Assembly: GCA_965116875.1 (NCBI GenBank)
Contig: OZ220733.1
Location: 1,216,001 to 1,280,000, forward strand
DNA from: Candidatus Latescibacterota bacterium
GTDB taxonomy: Bacteria; Latescibacterota; UBA2968; GCA-2709665
DNA length: 64,000 nucleotides
Direction: 5' to 3'
How positions within the stretch are numbered: position 1 is the stretch's first letter; each line of letters starts with the position of its first letter. Shown here piece by piece: positions 29,009 to 38,570 of this stretch. The translations under genes were made by a program, and so were the position numbers. Under the pieces are notes generated by a model. It saw only the letters and a list, made by a program, of their open reading frames with translations, was not told the origin of the DNA and ran no database searches.

Positions 29009-30556
29009 ATGGAAGTTTTCGACATGAACTGCATGCTTGGGCCCACGCGCACAGACCGCGAGCCGTGCTTTCGGACACCCGAAGCGCTGCTTGCCGAGAT
29101 GGATCGACTGGGCATCTCCGAAGGCCTGGTCCACGCGAGCCACGCCGCCATGGGACACCCGGCGGATGGGAACGCCTGGGTGGTTGAGGCCACGCGTTTC
29201 CATCCTCGCCTCCATCCATGCTGGGCGGTTCTGCCCCCGGGTACGGGAGAACTGCCCGAGCCGGATGAACTCGTGACGCAGATGCGCGCCCAGGGCGTGC
29301 GCGCGGCCAGGATTTTTCCGGGCGTGCACGGTTTTCCGTTGCTGGAACGGATTCTTCGGCCGCTGCTGCAATCGCTTGCCGAATCGGGAATCCCGCTGAT
29401 CCTGGACCAGGGCCGCACGAGTTGGAGCCAGCTCACGGACTGGCGCGCGGTCTTCGAGATCGCGGAAGCGCACCCCGCGCTGCCGCTTGTGCTGATTCGC
29501 GAAGGCGGCACGACGGCGCGGGCGCTATACGGGGTCTGGGACGCGTTTCCAAACCTCCATATCGAGGCGTCCTACATCCAGGAATCGCGGATCGTGGAGG
29601 AGATCTCAGGGCGATTCGGGCACCGGCGCCTGTTGTTTGGGACGGGGATGCCCGCCTGGGACCCGGGAGGTCCGATGGGCCTTCTGGCTGGCGCGCGAAT
29701 TCCGCAGCATCAGCGGGCCGACATCGCGGGGAACACCCTGCGGCGATTGCTGGGACTTCCGGAACGGGACCCCGGACGGGCGCCGGAGTGGCCATGCGGC
29801 GCGCACGGTTTCCGTGTGTTTGACGTGCACGGCCACCTGGGCCGATTTCAATCGAAGTACCACCGTGACTGGTCGGCCGAACAGATGGTGTCGCGCATGG
29901 ACGAAGTGGGGGTGGAGCGGTTTGCCGTCAGCCACTTTCTGGCCATCGGGGCCGACTACCACGAAGGAAACACCCGGATCGGGTCGGGCGTGGCGGATTT
30001 TCCGGACCGGCTCGTGGGTTACGTGGTCTACAATCCGAACTACGAACCGGAGATGGCCGACGAGATGGCGCGCGGGTTCGACGAACTCGGTTGCCGTGGC
30101 ATCAAAATCCATTGCGCGCTTCACGACACGTCAACCGAGGACCCTCGCTACCGTCTCGCGTTTCAGACGGCGCATGAGCGGAACTGCCCCATGCTCTGCC
30201 ATGTCCACCGCGGGCCGTCTCCCGCGTTCCTGATGGATACGCTCGCCGCGTTCCCCAACGCGAAGTTCATCTATGCCCACCTGGGCGGAGGCAGCCGCGA
30301 GGGTCTGGAGCCCTTTCTCGACGTCGCCCACGCACGCCCGAATCTGTTTTTCGACCTGGGATATTCGAAAATGGCGCGCGGCACCCTCCCCTGGCTTGTC
30401 GAACATGCGCCGCCCGCGCAGATCCTGTACGGATCGGACCATCCCGTAAACGGATTTCCCTATCAACTCGGACGGGTACTCTACGCCGACATTCCCGATG
30501 GGTTGAAGCGCATGATATTATGGGACAACGCGGCAAGGATATTCGGCGTGCAATAA
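29009..30556 (+). CDS. Tandem amidohydrolase (Amidohydro_2) domain protein
   Basis: Two TIM-barrel halves: FDMNCMLG...LLFGTGMP (degenerate) and FDVHGHLG...GIKIH, LCH, YAHLGG, ILYGSDHP (intact). Confidence 0.85.
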   Translation: MEVFDMNCMLGPTRTDREPCFRTPEALLAEMDRLGISEGLVHASHAAMGHPADGNAWVVEATRFHPRLHPCWAVLPPGTGELPEPDELVTQMRAQGVRAARIFPGVHGFPLLERILRPLLQSLAESGIPLILDQGRTSWSQLTDWRAVFEIAEAHPALPLVLIREGGTTARALYGVWDAFPNLHIEASYIQESRIVEEISGRFGHRRLLFGTGMPAWDPGGPMGLLAGARIPQHQRADIAGNTLRRLLGLPERDPGRAPEWPCGAHGFRVFDVHGHLGRFQSKYHRDWSAEQMVSRMDEVGVERFAVSHFLAIGADYHEGNTRIGSGVADFPDRLVGYVVYNPNYEPEMADEMARGFDELGCRGIKIHCALHDTSTEDPRYRLAFQTAHERNCPMLCHVHRGPSPAFLMDTLAAFPNAKFIYAHLGGGSREGLEPFLDVAHARPNLFFDLGYSKMARGTLPWLVEHAPPAQILYGSDHPVNGFPYQLGRVLYADIPDGLKRMILWDNAARIFGVQ

Positions 30557-30567
30557 CGGACTCCGAA

Positions 30568-30766
30568 TGAACCCCAATTCGAATAAAACAGCAACGCGGC
30601 GACGCGATAAAAGCTCCCCAAACCGGGCGGTAACGTCGTATGGAAGGACATTTTTTTAGTTGACGTCCAGCAACCTGGTGTATCCTGGTCATCCGCCGTT
30701 TAATCGCCTTTATCAACATGCACATGTACGAATTAACGTTCCCAAAAAACGACGAATCCTGGTTAA
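30568..30766. mobile_element. 199-bp MITE-like element, copy B
   Basis: Ends TGAACCCCAATTCG / CGAATCCTGGTTAA; shares GAAGGACATTTTTT, CCTGGTGTATCCTG, AATCGCCTTTAT, CGAATTAAC and GACGAATC with copy A. Confidence 0.7.
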
Positions 30767-30784
30767 ATGTGGAGGTCATCATCC

Positions 30785-32497
30785 ATGAAAATCGGCATTC
30801 TGACCCATCCGCCCGGTCTATCGGACTACGTCGCCGAGATCTTCACGACCTGGGGGCTTCCCGCTTACGATCGGATCGGCCAGGAACAGATTGAGTCTCT
30901 GGATCCCGCGTCGACTCCCGTACTGGTCTGCCCGGCGGCCGAACGAGATGCGCAGGCGCAGGAACTCCTGATCGGATTTGCGCGGCGGGGCGGCACCGTC
31001 GTGACGTTCCTTCCCGGAGACATCCTGGCCCGCGCCGCGGGGCTGGTCTACCAGGGCGCCAGGGCCGCGCCGCTGCGTCTGCGTCCGGTACGCTATCCGG
31101 CGGCAGGGGTTTCAGGAGAGGACTTTCCGGTGGTCGGGGCGGCGGGTCATTATCTCGAAGGGCCTGAGGCGGGAGTTGGTATTGCCTATCTCTACCAACC
31201 GGACGCATTCGAGGGAGAGTCTGTCGGGATTATCGAATCGCCAAACGGAAAGGGACGGATCCTGGCATTCGCCTTCGATCTCCCCGCGTGCGTATACACC
31301 CTCCGCCAGGGGGATCCGCGCCAGGTCGAGCGTGCCGTGGGCGGCAACGTCCGCGCCGATTCCATCGGAATCGATCTCGGGCCGGCGGACAGCGGGCTGG
31401 TTCCATTTGCCGATATGCTGGCGCGGTGGCTGGTGGAACTGGTCTGCCGGTTTGTTCCGGCGCCGGTCCCGCTACTCTGGCACCTGCCGGGCGAGGCAAC
31501 CGCGATGGTACTCTATTCGGGCGACGAGGACGGAGCGGAGATTTCCGCTACGGAGCAGGAATTCAGGGAGGTAGCGGAAACAGGCGCCCGCATGAATCTA
31601 TACATCATTCCCATCGGGACGGACTCGACGGCGGCGGACGTGCAGCGGTACAGGAAAACCCACGACGTCGGGCCGCACCCGAACCTCCGGGCCCTGGACG
31701 GACGCCCGATAGCGGAGCGCGTGGCCGAATTCGAGCGGCAGATTCTGCTGTTCGAGGAGATGTACGGGTTCAAGCCCACGAGCGTACGCAATCACTGCCT
31801 CGCCTGGGCGGGCTACATGGAACTGGTAGACGTACAGGCGCGCCTGGGCATCCGGATGGATGCCAACTACCTGTGTTCAGCCTATATGCGGGACCGTTGC
31901 AGCAGTCCGTACCACCTGAGAGGGGCGGCCATGCCGATGCGGTTCTGTCATCCTGACGGGCGCCTGATTGACGTACTCCAGCAGCACACCCACCTGTCCG
32001 ACGACGTCTGGTTCCAGGAAAACGCGCCAAAGTCCTTCCACTATTCGCCGGAGATGTACGGCGCGCTGGTGGACCGCATCCTCGATGACAGCGCCGCACG
32101 GTTCCACGTGCCCTACGGCGTGATCCTTCACCCCGGCAATTGGGTGAGATATTCGAGGGCGCACGGGCTTGTTCTGCTTGAAAAGGCCGCGGAACGGAAT
32201 GTACCTGTCTGGTCCTACGATCAGTGGTGCGATTTCTGGCTCCTGCGGGACCGGTGGCGCGTGAAGCACCTGTCCTGGAAGGACCATACGCTCCAATTCA
32301 CGGCTGCGGGCGCGCCTGATGACGGAAACCTGCGCTGGTTGATTCCGGCGGAATACGGCGGACGGACGCTGAAGGAAGTTCGGGTGGACGGGCGACCGGC
32401 GACGATCGGGACTGTGACCCGATACCGCCGGGACTTCGCCAAGGTGGCATTGGGCGCCGGAATCGACAGTTGCGATATATCGGCCGTCTACAGCTGA
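30785..32497 (+). CDS. Hypothetical protein: GATase-like N-terminus + polysaccharide-deacetylase-like barrel
   Basis: SD GGAGG; FARRGGTVV, GKGRILAFAFDL; SGDED, VGPHP, RNHC, ILHP motifs. Confidence 0.6.
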   Translation: MKIGILTHPPGLSDYVAEIFTTWGLPAYDRIGQEQIESLDPASTPVLVCPAAERDAQAQELLIGFARRGGTVVTFLPGDILARAAGLVYQGARAAPLRLRPVRYPAAGVSGEDFPVVGAAGHYLEGPEAGVGIAYLYQPDAFEGESVGIIESPNGKGRILAFAFDLPACVYTLRQGDPRQVERAVGGNVRADSIGIDLGPADSGLVPFADMLARWLVELVCRFVPAPVPLLWHLPGEATAMVLYSGDEDGAEISATEQEFREVAETGARMNLYIIPIGTDSTAADVQRYRKTHDVGPHPNLRALDGRPIAERVAEFERQILLFEEMYGFKPTSVRNHCLAWAGYMELVDVQARLGIRMDANYLCSAYMRDRCSSPYHLRGAAMPMRFCHPDGRLIDVLQQHTHLSDDVWFQENAPKSFHYSPEMYGALVDRILDDSAARFHVPYGVILHPGNWVRYSRAHGLVLLEKAAERNVPVWSYDQWCDFWLLRDRWRVKHLSWKDHTLQFTAAGAPDDGNLRWLIPAEYGGRTLKEVRVDGRPATIGTVTRYRRDFAKVALGAGIDSCDISAVYS

Positions 32498-32581
32498 AGG
32501 AAGCCGTGCCGCCGGGTCAGGTCCGCCAGGGAACGGGTTTCGGACGAAAAACCGCCGGACAGAACACGAGGAGGTCGCGCA

Positions 32582-33223
32582 ATGCAAAAGCTCGTCTTTC
32601 TGGGCATTGGATCCAATAACTCCGACATTCTGGACGCCGTGCGGGAAATCAATGCCCGGAAGCCGACCTATGAGGTGCTGGGATACGTGACGCGCAACGG
32701 CAAACCCGTCAACAAGGGCGGCCTCAAACACCTGGGGGACTTCGACGCCGTTCGCGCCTTGCCGGACGACGTTCAGTTCACCGGATTTACTTTCGGTCCG
32801 GGGAGTTATCAGACCTGGCCTGGAACGGTGGCCGGTCTGGGCCTGCCACGGGAACGATTCGCCACAATTGTCCATCCCCACGCGTTCGTTTCCCCGCATA
32901 GCGCGGTGGGACGGGGATCGGTTGTTCTCGCGGGAACCACGGTGGGCGCATTCGTAACCATCGGCGACCACGTGATCATCCTCCAGAACGTGGGACTGTC
33001 CCACGACGACGTGATCGAGGATTACTCCTGCCTGGCGGTTGGGGTGAGCTTTTCGGGAAGCGTACGGGTGGAACGAAACTGTTTCCTGGGAACGAACTCG
33101 ACGATTATCGGGGCGACAATCGGCGAGGGAAGCATGGTGGGCGCGGGGACCCTTATCCGGCACGACGTGCCCGCGGGGGAGGTCTGGGTGGGCAATCCCG
33201 GCAGGTATCTCAGGAAGGTCTGA
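32582..33223 (+). CDS. NeuD/PglD-like sugar acetyltransferase (hexapeptide repeat)
   Basis: SD GAGGAGG; TIVHPHAFVS, LSHDDVIED, hexapeptide repeats, WVGNPGRYLR. Confidence 0.9.
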   Translation: MQKLVFLGIGSNNSDILDAVREINARKPTYEVLGYVTRNGKPVNKGGLKHLGDFDAVRALPDDVQFTGFTFGPGSYQTWPGTVAGLGLPRERFATIVHPHAFVSPHSAVGRGSVVLAGTTVGAFVTIGDHVIILQNVGLSHDDVIEDYSCLAVGVSFSGSVRVERNCFLGTNSTIIGATIGEGSMVGAGTLIRHDVPAGEVWVGNPGRYLRKV

Positions 33224-33265
33224 ACTGCGCGAACGCAACCGGAGACCGGACCCCGCGTTGAACCC

Positions 33266-33949
33266 TTACCATATCCAGCCGCGGCGTCCCCCCTCAGGGT
33301 CTTCCGGCGTTTTGCCGACGACGATATCAAAATTCGCCGTTAATTCACCAATTTTCGATCCGGGCAGCGGCTTGAACGGCACTGCCAACAGATCCCGCGA
33401 TGCGCGTCCGGGCCTCCGGAATATGGAGTCCCGCTCGTTGTCCGGATTGCCCTTGACGTACATCTGGGTGGTCAGGGCCCGGCGTCCGTTCCTGTCGATC
33501 GCAAAGTGAATATGTGCCGCGCGGGCGCCGGAATATCTCACGGGCTTGATCGTACGGAAACGGTATTCCCCCGTGGAACCGGTTTCGAATCGTCCGAATC
33601 CCTGAAAGTTCCGGTCCCGCCGGTCTTTCCGCGGGGCATCGGTATGGATGTAGACGCCGTTGCTGTCGACCTGCCAGATCTCCACAACGGCATTTTTCAC
33701 GGGTTGGCCGTTCGCATCGGTGACGCGCCCGGTCAGATGCGTGATTTCTCCCACCGCCGGCGTGATCGCGTCGTTGATGATCAGGAGGTCGTTATCGACG
33801 TCCAGCGGCATCCTGTCCGGATAAAAGGGACCTTCCGTCTGCCAGGGCGTTCGAATCAGTTCCTCGGCAAATACCCCCGGCGTCACAAACGCCGCGGCGC
33901 CCAGAGTCCCTGCATGACAAAGAAAACGCCGTCGATCGATGGACATCAT
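33266..33949 (-). CDS. Tat-exported intradiol ring-cleavage dioxygenase-like protein
   Basis: RRRFL twin-arginine signal; TEGPFYP, VEIWQVDSNGVY, FRTIKP..Y..RAAHIHF. Confidence 0.88.
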   Translation of the reverse strand: MMSIDRRRFLCHAGTLGAAAFVTPGVFAEELIRTPWQTEGPFYPDRMPLDVDNDLLIINDAITPAVGEITHLTGRVTDANGQPVKNAVVEIWQVDSNGVYIHTDAPRKDRRDRNFQGFGRFETGSTGEYRFRTIKPVRYSGARAAHIHFAIDRNGRRALTTQMYVKGNPDNERDSIFRRPGRASRDLLAVPFKPLPGSKIGELTANFDIVVGKTPEDPEGGRRGWIW

Positions 33950-34062
33950 GGCCTCCCCGGAAGATAAACGATCAGTTGAACGCCGTCATTTAGACCGCTC
34001 TCCAGTCGGGATAGTTCCAATGCGGGGGTTTAATGTGAGTCCTGTTACCGGTCCTACACCGG

Positions 34063-35316
34063 CTAATGGTTATAAGTCAGGTGCAATTCGAGGAAACTGT
34101 CTCTACGGCTGGCGTAGGACAGGTCGCCGGCGTCGACGTCGAGAAGGGCAATCGCCTCCAGATGCAGGGAGAACCTGCCGGAGATTCGCCGGTTCAATTC
34201 GAACGTCAGCACACGTGTGGTCGTGTCGAAATCGTTCATCATGCTGCCGAGTATTTCGGTACTCCGGATGTCATTGAACGCGAGTCGAGCCGCCAGGAAG
34301 AGGTCGTTCTGAAAGATATTCGTGGCGTTCCGGCCGCGGCCGTCGTAGTTCCATTCCCCGATCAGGCTCAGATCGGCTGCGGAGCCGATCACGGAAAAAA
34401 CCGTATACTCGCCGCCCAGTGTGGCGGCAACGTAGTCTTCCTCCACACCGCGTCGGTCCCGCGCGCCGGCCCTTCCGAGCCCTTCGAGCTTGAACAGCCA
34501 CGGTCCGGCCGTCAACTGAGCGTCCAGCCCGAACTGCCGGATCCGTTCATAGCCGGGTACCAGTACCGGACGGCCGTTTGGGTCGATGCCTGGTGACAGC
34601 AGGGGTTCTCTGCTATTGCCGTCGAATACGCTGACGCCAACGTCCATCTCGCCGGAACTTCTGCTGTATCGGGCGGCGAACTCCGGGCGCCACCGTCCGG
34701 CGCCACTCTCATACGAAACCCGCTCATTGTCTACAACAAGCGGGAATCGCAGGCGGCCGGACATTCCCGGAAAGGTGCGGACGCGGTGTCCGGTCATTCC
34801 GAATACTTCCACCGCGCCCCAGTCTCCGGACATTGTGAGATGGGCCATCGCCTGGCCCATTGAAGGCTCCCTGTACGGGTGTTCAACCAGGTCGACCTGA
34901 TTGACGATATTCACCAGGCGGCGGGATTCGGTCACACCCCAGAAAACCCTGTCGACGCCCAGACGCACTTCCCATTCCTGATTGCGGAACTCGCCGAAGG
35001 CAAGAAAATAGGCTTCCCGCAGATCGACGTGGGTGCGCCGTTCGTCCCCGGCGTCGAAGCGCAGGAACGGAGCCAGGGTGAAGCTTCTGCCCCGCGCATC
35101 CTCGACGTAGAGCCTGGGCTCGGCGACAATGCCGCTGCCGTGGGAGCGCTGGCCGGGATAGGCGCCGGTCCGGGGAAACCAGCGGCTCTCCACACTCAGG
35201 CGTCCGGACAATTCCCGCGTTTCGATCCGGGCAACTGCATCGCCGGAAAATACGGTCACAAGCATACAGATTGCGACGAGCAGAACGATCTGTTTGACTA
35301 CACGATTCGGCATCAA
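34063..35316 (-). CDS. Outer-membrane beta-barrel protein
   Basis: Signal peptide; DLREAY, VFWGVTES, amphipathic beta-strands; translationally coupled to the LolA-like gene. Confidence 0.7.
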   Translation of the reverse strand: MMPNRVVKQIVLLVAICMLVTVFSGDAVARIETRELSGRLSVESRWFPRTGAYPGQRSHGSGIVAEPRLYVEDARGRSFTLAPFLRFDAGDERRTHVDLREAYFLAFGEFRNQEWEVRLGVDRVFWGVTESRRLVNIVNQVDLVEHPYREPSMGQAMAHLTMSGDWGAVEVFGMTGHRVRTFPGMSGRLRFPLVVDNERVSYESGAGRWRPEFAARYSRSSGEMDVGVSVFDGNSREPLLSPGIDPNGRPVLVPGYERIRQFGLDAQLTAGPWLFKLEGLGRAGARDRRGVEEDYVAATLGGEYTVFSVIGSAADLSLIGEWNYDGRGRNATNIFQNDLFLAARLAFNDIRSTEILGSMMNDFDTTTRVLTFELNRRISGRFSLHLEAIALLDVDAGDLSYASRRDSFLELHLTYNH

Positions 35317-36128
35317 CGCGTCCGTTTCAGTCCGGTGCGTGAAAAGTCCCGGTCGCCGAGATCAGTCCCGAACTTGTAGTCCGTCCAGGACAGCACCGTA
35401 CTTTTTCCGGTGAGGTGATTGACCATGGTCATCACCCCCGCGCGCCAGTAACGACCCGCGTAAAGTGCGTAATTATCCAGCGTGAGCGTCTTCAGATGCG
35501 CGTCCTTGCGGTCGTAGTACTGCACTTTCCGGACGCGAAGCTCGCCCCTGTCGCGCCACACCACCTGGCGGCTGTAGCCAGATTTCTTGTCCGTGGGGAA
35601 GCGTTCCGTTACCGTACACGTCAAATCGCCGCAGGGCTCGTCACGCAGATAGCGGTAAGTGAATTTTTCCACGGCCTGGGCGGTCATGTCTTCATAGGCG
35701 AACTCACTGCCCATGAAAGAACCGGACCGGTTCGACGAACTGATCCGTTTGACGCGTTTCAATGCGGGCAGATAAAGCCATTGATCGTCCGCCCGGTCAC
35801 GGTGCGCGTGGACGAGAAGCGCCGTTCCCTTGACGTCGCGAGGCTCGTCGAATACAAACAGGCTCTTGTCGCCGGCGCCAGGTACTTCCAGTACCTTTAC
35901 GCGGAGCTGGCGCTGGCTTTCCTGCCCGTGCTTGTTGCGAAGCACCATGACCTGCTGCGCCGTGAAGTTGCCGAAGCCTTCCTCACGCGCACGGGATTCC
36001 CGGGCGATGCTCAGCCCTGTCGCATCGGACACGGTGTTCTGCGAGTGAACGGATGCCGGCGCGCCGACGCCCGCCGCGACAATCAGCCATGGCGTCGAAA
36101 ACGCGAGCAGTCTTCGTGAATAACTCAT
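35313..36128 (-). CDS. Outer-membrane lipoprotein-sorting (LolA-like) protein
   Basis: Start MSYSRR at ATG 36128; FDEPRDVKGTALL, DDQWLYLPALKRVKRI, SFMGSEFAYED. Confidence 0.88.
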   Translation of the reverse strand: MSYSRRLLAFSTPWLIVAAGVGAPASVHSQNTVSDATGLSIARESRAREEGFGNFTAQQVMVLRNKHGQESQRQLRVKVLEVPGAGDKSLFVFDEPRDVKGTALLVHAHRDRADDQWLYLPALKRVKRISSSNRSGSFMGSEFAYEDMTAQAVEKFTYRYLRDEPCGDLTCTVTERFPTDKKSGYSRQVVWRDRGELRVRKVQYYDRKDAHLKTLTLDNYALYAGRYWRAGVMTMVNHLTGKSTVLSWTDYKFGTDLGDRDFSRTGLKRTR

Positions 36129-38416
36129 AATTTCCTCCGGTCGATGGTCATCAGCAGCGTGGGCAGGAGCAGGAAGTCGGCGAGCAGCGCGAAGATGATC
36201 GTGATCGTGACCAGAAGGCCGAGCGCCCAACTCACCTGGAACCCCGACGTTGCGAATACCAGAAAGCCTGCCGACAGAACCGTAGTGGTTGTCCACAAAG
36301 CATGCCCCACCGTGCGGAAGGCATAGCGCACCGCCTCCGGTGCGGCGAGGTCCTCGCGCCTGGCCTTGAGATACTTGCTTAGAAAGTGAATCGTATCGTC
36401 CACGACAATCCCGAAGACCACGGCGATGACGACCGATGACGCGATGCCCACGTTGCCCACGAGGTAGCCCCACAGCCCGAAGCTCATGATCGCCGGGATG
36501 AAATTCGGCAGAAGACTGAGGAGCCCGATCCGTACGCTCTTGAAGATCCATATCAGAATAAACGAAATGAGCGCCATGGCCAGGATCGTCCCCCGCAGCA
36601 TGCTCTTGATGTTCCGCAGCGACAGGTGTGCGAAGACAATGCTCAGTCCGGATGCCTCCTGCGCGAAATCGGGCGCGTTTGCGCGAAGCCAGACCTGTGC
36701 GCGTGCATCGAGTTCGCGCAGATCGCGAGACCACGCGTTTCTGGTGGTGACGACCATGCGAGTCGCGGATTTGGCGACATCTATGCGATCGTTGAGATCG
36801 CTTCCAAAGGGCAGCGACAATTCGTAGAGCAGCAGGTACTGCGCGGCGAGCTCCGGGTCATCGGGCAGACGATGTAACGCCGGATCATCCCCGTGCATGT
36901 TTCTGTTCAGCCGTTTCATGATGTCCGAAAACACCTGGACGTGAGTCACCTCGGGCTGCTGCCGGTACCACCCGGCGAAAGCATCGATCCGGCGCAGATA
37001 TTCCGGGTCGGTGATGCCGCCGTCGCGTCCCGAGTTCAATGAATACTCCAGCTTGTCCAGCCCGGTCAGATTCTCGATGATAAAGTCGGTATCGCGACGG
37101 AACTCGTAACGGTCGTCGAAATACTGAGCCATGTTGTCGCTCAGTTCAATGCGGGAAACCCCCAGGACCAGCCCGGCGACCACAAGTACCATTGCGACCA
37201 GCAGGAATCTGCTCCGTGCGATGACGAAGTCGGCGAAACGGTCGAGGAAATGGGTATCTCGAGGACCTCGGGCGGCCACACGCAGCGGCAGGATGGATAA
37301 CAGGGCGGGCAGGAGCGTGACTGAAAACACGAAAGCACACAGGACGCCGAATGCAACGCAGTTGCCCAATGTATGAAAGGGCGGTGAATCCGAGGCATTC
37401 AGGCTGAGGAACCCGACCGCGGTCGTGACGGAGGTAATGAATACCGGATTGACATTGATCCGGAACGACTCGACGATTGCCTCGTTCTTTTCCAGGCCCC
37501 GTCTCATGCCAAGCAGGACACTCGTCACGATATGTATGGCGTCGGCCATGGCGATCACCATGACGATTATCGGCACCCCGGCGTTCGTGGGGCTGAACAC
37601 AACGCGGCTCCAGCCAGCAAACCCGACGGTCGTATTGACAACGAACACGATCACGGCAACGATGGCCAACGTGCCTGAAACCGATCGCAGAAGCAGGATC
37701 GTGGCGCCGATGATGATGACGAACACGATCGGCGTCAGCGTCTGGAGGTCGTCCTGGGTGGCATCGGAAAACGTGCGGTTCATCACAACGTCGCCTGTAA
37801 GATGGTAGGCGATGTCCGGATGCCTTGCGCGGGCGTCGCTCAGGATCGAACGGAGATAGTCGGTGATTTCAACGACGGCCAGGTCCGGGTTCTCCGGCAG
37901 GACGAAGTTGACAGCCACACCGGCCGTGCGTCCATCGTGGGAAACCAGGCGTCCGGCGATTTCGGCGGCCTCCAGCGCGATCCCTTCAACGCGGGCCGCC
38001 CCGGCGTCGCTCAGCGCCTGCGCGTCATCCACGAGCGGCGCGACAATCAGCTCATCCCCCGACGCCTCGCTGTGCGTATAGTTGGTGAGGGAGTTGACGC
38101 GGCTGGAGTAGGGCGCACGCCACGCGGCACCGGTCATTTCTTCAACCGCGACCAGCGCTTCGCGGGTGAACACGGAGCCCTGCCCGGGCGTAATGGCGAT
38201 CAATGCCGCGTTGGACGTGGCGTAGGTGTTCTCGAGCGCGTCGAATGCGAGAAGCTGAGGGTTGTCTTCACTGAACAGAACGCGGTAGTCGTTCGTTACC
38301 GTGATCAACCGGACTCCGCCCGTCATGGCCGCCATCAGCAGCGTCGCCGCCGCGACGACAATCCACCGATATCGCAGAATGGCGTCTATATATCGATCCT
38401 GGAGCATAAGCGTCAT
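36125..38416 (-). CDS. MMPL/RND family transporter
   Basis: Two repeats with IAMADAIH and GIVVDDTIHF; TSVTTAVGFLSL; long periplasmic loops. Confidence 0.92.
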   Translation of the reverse strand: MTLMLQDRYIDAILRYRWIVVAAATLLMAAMTGGVRLITVTNDYRVLFSEDNPQLLAFDALENTYATSNAALIAITPGQGSVFTREALVAVEEMTGAAWRAPYSSRVNSLTNYTHSEASGDELIVAPLVDDAQALSDAGAARVEGIALEAAEIAGRLVSHDGRTAGVAVNFVLPENPDLAVVEITDYLRSILSDARARHPDIAYHLTGDVVMNRTFSDATQDDLQTLTPIVFVIIIGATILLLRSVSGTLAIVAVIVFVVNTTVGFAGWSRVVFSPTNAGVPIIVMVIAMADAIHIVTSVLLGMRRGLEKNEAIVESFRINVNPVFITSVTTAVGFLSLNASDSPPFHTLGNCVAFGVLCAFVFSVTLLPALLSILPLRVAARGPRDTHFLDRFADFVIARSRFLLVAMVLVVAGLVLGVSRIELSDNMAQYFDDRYEFRRDTDFIIENLTGLDKLEYSLNSGRDGGITDPEYLRRIDAFAGWYRQQPEVTHVQVFSDIMKRLNRNMHGDDPALHRLPDDPELAAQYLLLYELSLPFGSDLNDRIDVAKSATRMVVTTRNAWSRDLRELDARAQVWLRANAPDFAQEASGLSIVFAHLSLRNIKSMLRGTILAMALISFILIWIFKSVRIGLLSLLPNFIPAIMSFGLWGYLVGNVGIASSVVIAVVFGIVVDDTIHFLSKYLKARREDLAAPEAVRYAFRTVGHALWTTTTVLSAGFLVFATSGFQVSWALGLLVTITIIFALLADFLLLPTLLMTIDRRKL

Positions 38417-38570
38417 CGCCGCTCCCGTCCATGGCCGGGAGCGGCGACGATCTCACCCTGGTTGACGGTCGACAGTGTCAACACCGGTACCCTCAGAGGA
38501 ATTCGTCCCATCAAGTCTATGAGTCTCCTGTTTTCCATCTGACGGGGGAGGTCGTTTCCGCGCACATCGA

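Noticed and set aside
35313-36734. 473-aa call for the LolA-like gene
   Set aside because: The N-terminal extension overlaps the MMPL gene; the real start is ATG 36128 with a signal-like segment
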